DNA from: Utricularia gibba
Lineage: Eukaryota; Plantae; Magnoliophyta
Assembly: GCA_002189035.1 (NCBI GenBank)
Contig: NEEC01000015.1
Coordinates: forward strand, 248,001 to 312,000
DNA: 64,000 bases
Reading direction: 5' to 3'
The position numbers and the translations under genes are program-made. Of the stretch, positions 26,761-36,848 are shown in pieces. Each line of letters begins with the position of its first letter. The stretch's first letter is position 1. The notes beneath the pieces were generated by a model. The model saw only the letters and a list, made by a program, of their open reading frames with translations, was not told the DNA's origin and made no database searches.

Positions 26761-27705
26761 ATGAAAGAGAAAGGCAAAGCGGTGGAGTTTTTCAGTAAAG
26801 ATTTTTCCAAGTTCAACTTATCCTCTGATACGGGAACGTCATGCAGGAAGCACCCGAAGTCATCTTCTGTGGGTGTTTGCCCCGTCTGCCTGAAAGAAAG
26901 GCTTTTGAAGCTGGTTTGCTCCGAGTGTGGAGAGAAAAGGCACTCTTCCTGTTCTTGCTCCTCTATGGAAGTTGGAAGGATGTCCTTTTTGCTTGAAAAC
27001 GACACGAATGAATCTCAACCAAGCAATACATTGGCTCGTATCAAATCTAGAAGAGAAGAGAAACCAAAGCAAGTGGAGGGACTCAGGAGAAGCAGCAGCA
27101 GCAGCTGTAAGGAAGTTAACGAACACAATGGTTTCTGGGCACTTGAAAGGCTGTTCAGGAGGAGAAGGGACACCAAGATTGAGAAAGATAACGTACGTTT
27201 TGATGTGAAGAGTGAGTTTTGGTTTTCTGAGAGTGACTCGGTGGATGTTTTTTCAAGGTCTAGATCACTCTGCAGTTTCAGGGGCGATGACAGTGCAAAA
27301 ATCTCAGACGCTACAAATGGTATCTTTCTCGGGTCAGGCAAACGACTTTTGTGTACCGAATCTGATTCGGATACCCTCCCTAAACAAGCTGCTACAGGCA
27401 CCACCCAGCCTCTGGAAGAGGAGTTGGACAAGGCTACAAAGAGAACTGCCCTCCCTTCAACGGAAAATGACTTGTCCATCATGGATGAATCTGAGCTCTT
27501 TGATCTGAGTTTCGATTTTCCGGTTGATAGGAAGCCGGAAACCTCTACTTCTGATCATGGATTCAATGTTCCCGACTCTGCTTGCAGGAGGTCCTCGAAG
27601 AATGAGAGACGGCAAAAGAGGGAGAGCGGAAGCAGCCGCGTTTGGAGGTGGGTTTTCAGGTACCGCCGCCTGAACAAGGAAGCACGTTGCCTTCATGGAT
27701 CTTGA
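26761..27705 (+). CDS. DUF740/OCTOPUS-like intronless protein
   Basis: MKEKGKAVE start; CRKHPKSSSVGVCPVCLKERLLKLVCSECGEKRHSSCSCS (CxxHP...GxCxxCLxERL motif typical of DUF740-related proteins); basic Ser/Arg-rich C-terminus SRVWRWVF. Confidence 0.8.
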   Translation: MKEKGKAVEFFSKDFSKFNLSSDTGTSCRKHPKSSSVGVCPVCLKERLLKLVCSECGEKRHSSCSCSSMEVGRMSFLLENDTNESQPSNTLARIKSRREEKPKQVEGLRRSSSSSCKEVNEHNGFWALERLFRRRRDTKIEKDNVRFDVKSEFWFSESDSVDVFSRSRSLCSFRGDDSAKISDATNGIFLGSGKRLLCTESDSDTLPKQAATGTTQPLEEELDKATKRTALPSTENDLSIMDESELFDLSFDFPVDRKPETSTSDHGFNVPDSACRRSSKNERRQKRESGSSRVWRWVFRYRRLNKEARCLHGS

Positions 27706-29550
27706 CAAAGCATCGCCGTCTCAAATTATTTCAAACGGAAGAAAAGGCTATCCATCCATTTTTTTAGCATTTTTTAGTATTGGGACGAAGTCTGCAAGAA
27801 ACTTGCGTTTGTCCGAAATTGGGGACATAGACCCTCAACCCTCAACTAGTTCATGATCATGCAATTAATTTGCGGGGTGGAAGCATGGAGACTGCTTAAC
27901 TGCCCTCATTTCCATGACGCCGATCGTTGCATTGAAGGTATTCACATTCTTTCACACCCAGACCTGAAATCTACGTCATCATCATTGTCTTCAATTTGCC
28001 TGAAGGAAAAAACCTTCGTCTTGTACTTGAAGAATGAATGGTTTGGTGATGTGGGTAAAGGCTCCTCTACGCTTTTTGTCTGAATATTTCAGTCGGGGGT
28101 CCGAATCAGTCAAGAGAGCAGCAAGTAGGAGAATGAGCCAAGAACATGGTTTTGTTATTGATTTAAATTCAGTGTTTTTTATAATGAATTGAATCGAGTT
28201 TATTAATTTAAATTAAATTTGAAAAAATAAAAAATGATTTTTGATCGTTTTTCCAAACTCTGTAGTTTTCCTTTGGGGTGTGATTTCTTGATTTCTATGA
28301 AGAAATGTTGGCGGATTGTGTGTATGACGACGCTTTGCTTTCGGGATTGTGTGTTTGAGTGGGGAATACTCGCCGGAACAGTGAGGGTGGTTACACCGTC
28401 TGCTTTCGGTATGGACAATGGCGTGGGAATGGGATAGGATTTTCCAAACTCCATGAAAATCTTGATCTGCTTAAGGAGGAGGTTTTCTTGTCGGTGGATT
28501 TGATCATGTCGGCTCTCCGATCACCATCGCATCGATTGTGTTTTTCACCAGGTATTCACTTTTTCACCTTTGGCGTGAGCATGGGGTTTTCTATTGTCCG
28601 TTTCGTTTCTGTGGTGAATCAAAATTGGATTTCACCAAGATTTGTTTGAATTTGAACAAAATCGGCTACACAGGGGACGATGAAATCTTACATCTCAAGA
28701 GGATCGGCGCAAAATATATAATGTATTTCATATGGTTCCGGATATGTGGAAGGCTACTGCTGAAAGATACTGTTTGTCGCTGCACCCATGTTCTCAGGGT
28801 GCTTCCACAATGTTACCTCCTTCATCTTCCCCTGCGCTACACATCAACTCTGAACTCCAATGTATCTCAGGGTCTTGCAAACTAGATTGATACTGGATAG
28901 CGCAGCAGCTAGCGGGGAATTGTAAATTGCAGGAATCTTCAAGCAAATTGACGATGTTGTCCCATAGAATGCAAGCTTTGTAGTACTCCCTTTTCGATGC
29001 ATCTTGTCCCACTCTGTTGCAGTGCCCACCTTCATAAACAGAGATGCATAAATCATCGGATTGCACCAGTGGCATGCCACAGGGAAAATTCCTTTATTTG
29101 TTGCATCTCCTTGGGCATCATACTTCCATCCAGCGTTTAAAACCTTGCTTTCTTGCCAGTAATGATTACAGGGCGAGGCTCTGTGCATTGAGTTGCTGTG
29201 GCTCCTTCGACCAAGGGAATAAATAGCTATGGGGGGCTCCATCTGACTGTCTTCGTTCACGTAGGTATGTCCTCTACGTAGGTGTGCCTGAAATTGGCAT
29301 TATGGTTATGCAAACTTAACTCTTTAATGGAAGTGACTGATCCGATATGTCGATTTGCTTCTCCATATTCACATGTTCACAAGGTCCAAAATATGTAATT
29401 CAAAGTTGAACTTCTGAATGTTGTTGTTAACTTGATGCAGAGTTTTGAGAAAGCCAGCTTGATTGGTTGTCCTTGTTGATATTTTAAGGATCACATCAGA
29501 TATCTAGTTTCTTCCATTGACACATTTCTATTTCCAGTTTGTTGATTGGT

Positions 29551-29810
29551 TGGTCCATGAACTGGTGCACCTATCTGTGGACCACCGCGTGCACCAGCTG
29601 TGCACCATAATCAGAGGCCCAAAAGGAGGCCCAAAAAGCGGCCCATACCATACGTAGGTGAATGGGGCCCGTGATTGAATTTAGTTGCTCCCCAAAGCGG
29701 CTGGTGCATGAGTTGGTGCACGGATGGTCCATGACCTGGTGCACCTAGCTGTGGACCGCACCGTGCACCAGATCATACACCAGCTGTGCACCATAAATCA
29801 AAGCGGCCCA
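29551..29810. mobile_element. MITE-like foldback element, two related GTGCAC-rich copies
   Basis: Copy 1 at 29551-29620 and copy 2 at 29725-29810 share TGGTCCATGA.CTGGTGCACCTA.CTGTGGACC...GTGCACCA. The second copy lies in a nested hairpin: TGGTGCACGG 29714-29723 pairs with CCGTGCACCA 29761-29770, and CTGGTGCATGAG 29701-29712 pairs 10/12 with 29772-29783. No coding capacity. No TSD was determined. Confidence 0.55.
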
Positions 29811-30408
29811 TAGCTTCAAATATCACAGGGCTGAGCTCATCGGCCCGTGTTCGTCTGCGTTTGGTTCAAACTACTATCGAAGCCCACGCCTACGGGCACC
29901 AGCCACCAGCGAACCTTTTGTTGCAACAATAACGAATTTAATGCCACTTGTTTCAAATGTAACCTTAGGACGTTATTTTAAAATCCTAAGATAGAAAAAG
30001 GGCGGCTGGCGGGAGGCTGCCTGTAATAACTAGCTACCATATGATACAAAACTGAAGACTTGGTCGCCTGCTACTCACTCCCACTGGGAATATGAAAATC
30101 TCAGAACCACCACCGGGCTCATCCCTGCATTGCATTCCGCCGGGTCAACATGGAAGCCAGCCAGCCAGCCAGCCAACCCACACTGGAACAATAAGCATCT
30201 CCTATACATACATTGAAGGGAAGTAACAAAAAGATGGTGCTAAATGCGGGATACTCACTGTGCATCACTGGACTTGCTTGCCACTGATCTTGTTTCTGCA
30301 GATCAAAACTCTGAGGGCAGTGCAACCCGATTGCTGCGTGCAGTGTTGCTGTACACCTCCAAAATGCACTGGACTTGCTTCCCACTAGTCTGAATGCAGC
30401 ATCTCTGT

Positions 30409-32228
30409 TCACTTGCCCGTGATGAAAGGGAGGCAAAAGGCCTGGGATGCACTCAATCTTTTATCAGGGTCCAAAACAAATATTTTTTTCAAAAAGATCA
30501 TTAAAATTAGCAACTAGTTTTGAATCATCTCCAGCGGATCCAGCGATTAATTACCAAGAAACTTCTCATTTTCTGCGATAGTAAATAGGAAACTAAGGAA
30601 ACAAACCAGAGATAAAAGCAAAAAACTAGGTCTCCAGACTCTACTCTATTTCGGAAAGCTGAATCTTTATCCATGGCAAAATCCTTTTCCTATCATATGC
30701 AAAAAACTAGGTCTCCATTAGGATCTCCCCTTCAGTTCTGTTGCAGTCCCTCAGCCTTTCCCTTTCTCTGTCCATCTCTCGTTCACTCACTCTATCCGCT
30801 TCTCTTATATCCCCTTCATCATCTTGTTTTTCAGTTCTCCCCCTATTCAACTTCCCTTTTCCCAGGATCCTCCCCCAACAACCTTCTCTGTAAACAGCCC
30901 AGCTCTCCTCACTGTGATACCTTCCAATACGTCTGCTGTAGCTTACATCGTCTTCTTTCTCCTCTGCATAATCTATGCTGCCCTTCGCATATTGCTCAGC
31001 ACGTGAAGCCACCCTCTCATCATCAGAGTCATGTGAGTTTTTCCCGTCAATATAGGCAGATGCCTCTCGTAACCTACTCCTCGACCCAGACTTTCTCCTA
31101 GATGTCTCTGGTGACTTTGATAGTGAATTATCTCGGCTGGGCCACTTCTGCGTAGACCCAGGTTTCGATAAGATTTTTATGAGCATTTTCAGGGAAACAG
31201 CAAAACGTTCAATCATTTTTTAATCCCGTTTTCTTGACTCACGAGAACTATGTTCACAGTCCCAATCTTCAAGCTCAACAGCCTTCTACTGGTTTGCTGC
31301 ATCGTTCCCATCAATATTGTTAAGAGTCCTTTCCATGTAGCTTCATCTTTTCCTTAAATCCATCCAAACTATTCTCATCAAGAGCCTCGAGTCAAAAGAC
31401 AACAGAACGATTTAAAAAAGACAATTCTCATCATAAGATTGAAAATGCACACAAAGCATAAACAACTCTTACGATCACTGAAAGCCATCATTTTCAGCCT
31501 TCATGAAAGTGGATATGCGTAGGCAAACTTTTCCTGGCATCAAGAAGTGAACAGAAACATCTACCCAAAACATTAGTGTGTACATTAAGTGTAGCTACAA
31601 TATGTACAAGACATATAATTATTGGAAAATCCTAGCATATGCATATTAACCAAGAAAACACGTTGAAAATAAATGATTCAGAAATATACAGTCTTTGCAG
31701 GCAAAACGCCAGAAACGGTATACAAAGGTTGCAACATTGAAATCGCACAAAGAAAAGAGCATCTATAACTACTAAACGAGAATAAAACGAGGGGAAACTG
31801 AACACACCATGTGAAATTCATATCCATTCATCTCAAAGTCTCCAGTTTCCACATCCGGCTGTAATCTCTTCACGGATTTCGATGAATCCCCGCCAGGAAC
31901 AACTGAAGCACCACCACCATTATCAATGATTTCTCCCCCTCCATCTCATACCCCAAACCGGAAACGGTAATCGAACAAACCCCCTTGGACCCAACCGACG
32001 GCCTCCACGCCCTCATCATCTTCCGATTCTTTCCTTCAAAGTCAACGCTACTAACCTTATCGCCTTCCAATTCTGCATTATCTAAAATTCACTCTTGCTC
32101 TCTCCGTCCTTCGATCTCCGGTACCATTACGGTGACGGCGGTGCTCGGGACGCTGGAGCGCTCCTCCACCACTTCATCGGAAGCGCAGCGGTGCTTGCGA
32201 CGCTCCGGATCACTGGAATCACTCGCCA
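30409..32228 (-). pseudogene. PRP4K: PRP4 kinase (PRP4K/PRPF4B-like) pseudogene lacking almost the entire kinase domain
   Basis: N-terminus MASDSSDPERRKHR...(E)MEEGEII with several frameshifts; exon 2 with in-frame stops and an RS/RE-rich segment (EREMDRERERLRD); then directly the terminal kinase exon IAGSAGDDSKLVANFNDLFEK(+1)IFVLDPDKRLSASQAFCLPFITGK*, matching the PRP4K C-terminus FxLDPxKRxTxSQALxHPFITGK. Confidence 0.82.
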
Positions 32229-32564
32229 TCAACGAGCTCAATTAAGGATTCCAGATACAGAAAAATTTGAATGAGACGTGACTGAACCTCGTAATTGTCG
32301 TCAGATGCGATTTTCTTTACTTATATATTATAAACCATATTCAATCAAAAAAATTAGCAAACACCCGATTTCATGGTTATTACTACAGACAGATGTCGGA
32401 AAGTGTAGTTCTGTCAGGAGCTTAAATTCATCTAGAAGTAAATGTCAAAACAAAGGAGCAACTGCTAACGAGTTCACAGGCATATTCACGCCAACTCACC
32501 AAGAATTACTTGAACACGGAAATGATGAAAAGAATCATAGAGGGAGGGCCATGTTCCATTGACT

Positions 32565-35068
32565 TCAAGCCCTGTCATCTTCAAATTCATGGCCGTGATC
32601 CAAGAGATAGTTGGCAGCCAGTTCCTCGTTCTTGTTGCAGGCAAAGTACACCTCCAGCACCAGCGCGCGGTCGAACCCCATGGCCTCGAGCTGCCAAGTT
32701 TGTTGTGGCAAATGCATTGTTTTTTCGACATGTGGGGAAGGTAGTTTAAATCGGCCGGTAAAAAGGAAGCTTACCCTTTCGATTGCTTCACCCTCCTCGG
32801 GAGTTACTGTTACTGCCTGTGGCATTGTGTCAGCAAGTTCTCCAAGAACGTCCCTGCAACAGGAAGAGAAACCACAGAAACTCCTCTTGGTAAAGATGGA
32901 AAATCTGGTGTTCTTTAAACGAGAAAGGCAACGGTGGAATGATGGATACCCTTCTCCACCCTCAACGTTTTCGTTGATAAGACGAATGAAGTCAGCTTGG
33001 TGGTCTTGGATCACTCTAACCAGTTGGGGATTTTGCTTCCCCAACTCTTGAAGCATAGGCTGCCAATGTAAGTCAAATCAGTCTTCCCGACAAATGAACT
33101 CGAATAGTAAGTTAGTTAGCATTTGTAACAAAAACCTGCAGAATTTGTGGGTTGGCCTGCACCATTGCTCTCAAGGCTTGGAACTGAAACACATAGTTTC
33201 AAGGCAGCAGCACGGTATAATAAGTATTAAAAAGCAGAAACGCCATAAATTCAAGATTTGTTTGTTTCCAATAACATCACACAGTACCTGCGAACTATTT
33301 CGAAGGAAGTCCAGGGTGTTTGCCCCGCCAACATTTTGACCAAGATTTGGAACACCCTGCATGAACAAAACCAACCTTGATAGCATATACCGCGCACGCT
33401 CAGAAAACAAAAAGTGGGTGGGGGGAGGCATTAATCAAGTGTGAACCTGTGGGAATAGATTCAGTGGATTTGCGTTTGGTCCAGTTGGCGGTATAGATGC
33501 TGATTGATCTTGTTGTGGAGCAGACACATTAGCAGTTTGTCCACTAGGTGAATCTGGAGACGTATGGCTAGCCTCGACCAACTGCGGGATGCCCTAGAAT
33601 ATGATCCAGAAAGTAAATTATGGAAGAATGAACCCATGAACAGCTTCACAGGAAGTTTAAGCTGCGCTTTACTAACAGAATACAAATATTCGACTGCTCT
33701 CTCGGGATTGTTGTAAGCAGCACGAAGTGCACGGACAACTTCATCCCTCTCCCACGTTCCAGCACCCATATCAAGAATCTGCTGGATTGATCCCTCAAGG
33801 TTGCTTCCAGGAACAAGATTGGGGGGTGCTTGACCAGGGGATCTGACAGTAACCTGAGTAAATGCATCAATTGAAATGAAATGAAACCCCTTGGCAGGGC
33901 CAGAACAGGGGCGCTAATAGGTGTAGAATTGTGCAGCACGGGATTTCATGAAATTAATGATTCAAAAAACGCAACACTGGTAAGAATAAACAGATAAATA
34001 AACAGCAAACAAGTGATGCTGAAACATATGAGGCTTTTTCAAAGTGGTTTCTGGAGAAAGAAATCTCACTCTGAAGCACGGGGCTGAGTTGGGTGAACTG
34101 GAACAACGCTAGGAGGTGGCGCATTTCCATCAGGTTTCTGTGAGGCAAGAGACATAAGCATAGTGGCATTGAGCCTTTCAAAGTGTCTCACTTTACAAGC
34201 AGGTAATTGAAATTGTTCTATAGTTAACACACAAATAAAGTCACAAATCCCCAGGGCTTGCCTTTGAGATCATTGTTAAATGGCAAAAAGGACAACAATA
34301 TCCAGAATTACCTTTGCAGTAGAAGTACTAGATGTTGTTGAACCTTCACTAGAGGGGCTTTGTTCTATAACAAACCAACAGAGGATGATTATCTCAGTAC
34401 TCAAAAATAGCAAATTTAGAATACATGGTTGAAAGAATAAGAGGCAGAACGAGACGCAGAAGATAATTAGGTATGCTGAAGCAATTGAAGTGCACCTTTT
34501 TCAACATAATGACAACAAAACTGTTTTCCGCAACATTATTCTCTTCTAGAGTTGACGAGTCTTCAAGGACCTTTCCCTGATGGATAAGCATCTGTTCTGA
34601 TGCCGGATAATCTCCCTTCGAAGTTTCTATGATCTTCTTCACATCAGCAATCTGAAAATAAACTGGTAAGCGTCAAGCCACCACAACCGTGATGGTCAGA
34701 ATTCTCATATTGCACTCATGCAGTGACCAGTACAGCCCCAAAGACATGTTTTTCCCAATCACCGGAAACACAAGAAATCGACACATTATCGGAATGCAGC
34801 ATATAAACAATATTACCGAAATCAATTGCTACATTCTCGAAACAACAAGAAGAGATGGACTCCAAACCCCAATTCCACCAACAAAGAACATCGCACTTTG
34901 GCGCAGCAACAAAAAAAAAAAAAACCACTTCAATCCGAAAAACAAATACGACATTAAAATCCAATCACTAGAAGAAAAAGAAAAAAAGGGTAAGGGACAA
35001 ACGGTATCTTCCGGTTTCACTTCGATTTCAAAGCGAGTCCCCTTGAGAGTTTTGACGTAAATCTGCAT
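32565..35068 (-). CDS. RAD23: Ubiquitin receptor RAD23 (UBL-UBA-XPCB-UBA); probable 1-bp indels in the linker exons as assembled
   Basis: [22 protein letters not shown]|IADVKKIIE (UBL), [36 protein letters not shown] (UBA1), LDFLRNSSQ|[16 protein letters not shown]|[13 protein letters not shown] (XPC-binding), [32 protein letters not shown] (UBA2). Confidence 0.93.
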
Positions 35069-35099
35069 CCTAAGCCCTCCTGCGAGTAATCCGGCGAAT

Positions 35100-35520
35100 G
35101 AATTCTTCGAAACCGCCCACGGAATCGGCTCGAAAAACGCCACCTAAACCCCACCGACCGCCGTGCAGGTAATAACTAAACTCTTTCATTCTTCAACCGT
35201 AACTCTATGCATGTATATATAGAATAAAAATTATACGACGGGAAATTTTCCCTGAAATACAATTAAAAATAATTAGCCCCATAAATATTAAATATTATTA
35301 AGAATTTAAAATCGGACATTAAAATTAAATGTAAGAAGGTTTTAATCCCGAGCCACACAGCATACTTATCCCTAGCCGTTGGATTAGCGCACGTGCAATA
35401 CGCGCAACTATTCTTGAGCGTTGATCTGCCGGTGGGCCAATTTTATAAGGCCCGCAAGGGAGGTGATAAATAGCCCAAAATATCTGCACTCTTGTGGTGG
35501 CCCAAATGGGTGGAGAATGT
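35100..35520. promoter_or_regulatory. Short head-to-head intergenic region between RAD23 (-) and the CRF leader (+), with site II (TGGGCC/AGGCCC/AGCCCA) elements
   Basis: RAD23 ATG is at 35068 and the CRF 5' leader begins around 35500. GGGCC/GCCCA motifs at about 35433-35510 and a CACGTG at about 35389 lie in a GC-richer island next to an AT tract. Confidence 0.45.
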
Positions 35521-36060
35521 CTTTATTTCATAAATGTTTTAGGTGAAAATCAGGCTGCTAGAACGAAGGAACCCCGAGGGGTGAATCGCAGTTGGAGGGA
35601 GGTTTTACCCGATGCTGGAGTGAGTTTATGGGTGGGTCAATGGCGGCTCATGTGGAATGAGAACGCCATGGAGTTTTTAATAAAGATACCATCTTTGTCT
35701 GTATTTCTAGGCGGTTTTATTGCACCGGTGACTTTTGTACCACTTTGTTTGCAGCCCACGTTTCTCAGTTTTATATTGGCAAGAGACGTGGAGGGTTCTG
35801 GGCAGTACAAGGGAGTGTTGTCGAAGTGGTCCATATCGCCAATTTCAATCTTCCGTTGATAGAAGATTCTGATCTTCAACCACCGATCTCTGTTCCCGTC
35901 TTCTGGTTGATGGGTACTACTCTGTTTCTCTGTATGGATTCTTGTGTCTGATTAATTTTGTTTCGTTCCTCTTTGCAGGGATTTTATGACGCACAGTCTT
36001 AATTTGGATTCTGTTCTTCCGGCCTTTTCAAAGCTCTGTTTGTTGAAGCAGAGTGAATCG

Positions 36061-36225
36061 ATGCGTTTGAGGCCCAGAAGGTTAGTGGAGAGTTGATCCC
36101 TCTTTCTCTTCTTTCTTGGAAACTGTTCCTATCTGCGATTCCGGCCGTGTTTCAGAACTTGTACGGGAGTCGTATGTTTTGGGTGTCATCACATACAATC
36201 GATCCATAAACCACCGGCACCATGA
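36061..36225 (+). CDS. Conserved-peptide uORF of CRF10/11/12-type ERF genes, split by an intron (36081-36155)
   Basis: ATG CGT TTG AGG CCC AGA AG|gttagt...tttcag|A ACT TGT... gives [29 protein letters not shown], resembling the MRLRPKRTC..V..FG.H CPuORF known upstream of Arabidopsis CRF10/CRF12. An in-frame ATG at 35986 could add 25 aa. Confidence 0.8.
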
Positions 36226-36848
36226 AGAAACTTCGAATCATCTGCGCCGACCCTTATGCCACTGACTCATCCGACGATGATGAGTACAACAAAATCAAGA
36301 ATGTTGTTTATGAAGTTTGTTTCCGATTCACCGGCACCGGGAAATATAGAGGCGTCCGCCGTCGGAAATGGGGAAAATGGGCTGCTGAAATCCGTGACCC
36401 GATTCTGCGGAAAAGGGTCTGGTTAGGAACTTACGAAACTCCAGAGGAGGCATCAGAAGCCTATGAACTGAAGCGATTGCAAATCGAAGGACTGGTTAAT
36501 TCTCAGCAGCAAACTCATATTCCTGCTGTTTCTAGCGAACGAGTCCATGAAACAAGCCTTGTTGATCACAAGGGCACTGAGTCGGCCGCAGATGAGGGGC
36601 TAACGCGTTTGGCACAAATCGGAGAAGAATTGGATTTGGATGTCGATATCCATTCTCTGCTAGCAGAGGATTTTATGCATCTCAGTAAGGCTCTCGATGA
36701 TCTCCCTCTTTTTGGGCCTGAGGATCCTGGCTTCCTGCAGGCATTGCCTGACTTCGACTTCGATTTCGACGACTCTTGGATCCAAGATCACGAAGCTCCC
36801 ATGCCTCACAGAACAGGTGCATCTTCATTCAACATAGCATGCCTGTAG
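36222..36848 (+). CDS. Cytokinin response factor-type AP2/ERF (CRF10/11/12 clade)
   Basis: CRF domain [21 protein letters not shown] followed by the AP2 domain [41 protein letters not shown]; C-terminal SSFNIACL. Confidence 0.9.
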   Translation: MKKLRIICADPYATDSSDDDEYNKIKNVVYEVCFRFTGTGKYRGVRRRKWGKWAAEIRDPILRKRVWLGTYETPEEASEAYELKRLQIEGLVNSQQQTHIPAVSSERVHETSLVDHKGTESAADEGLTRLAQIGEELDLDVDIHSLLAEDFMHLSKALDDLPLFGPEDPGFLQALPDFDFDFDDSWIQDHEAPMPHRTGASSFNIACL

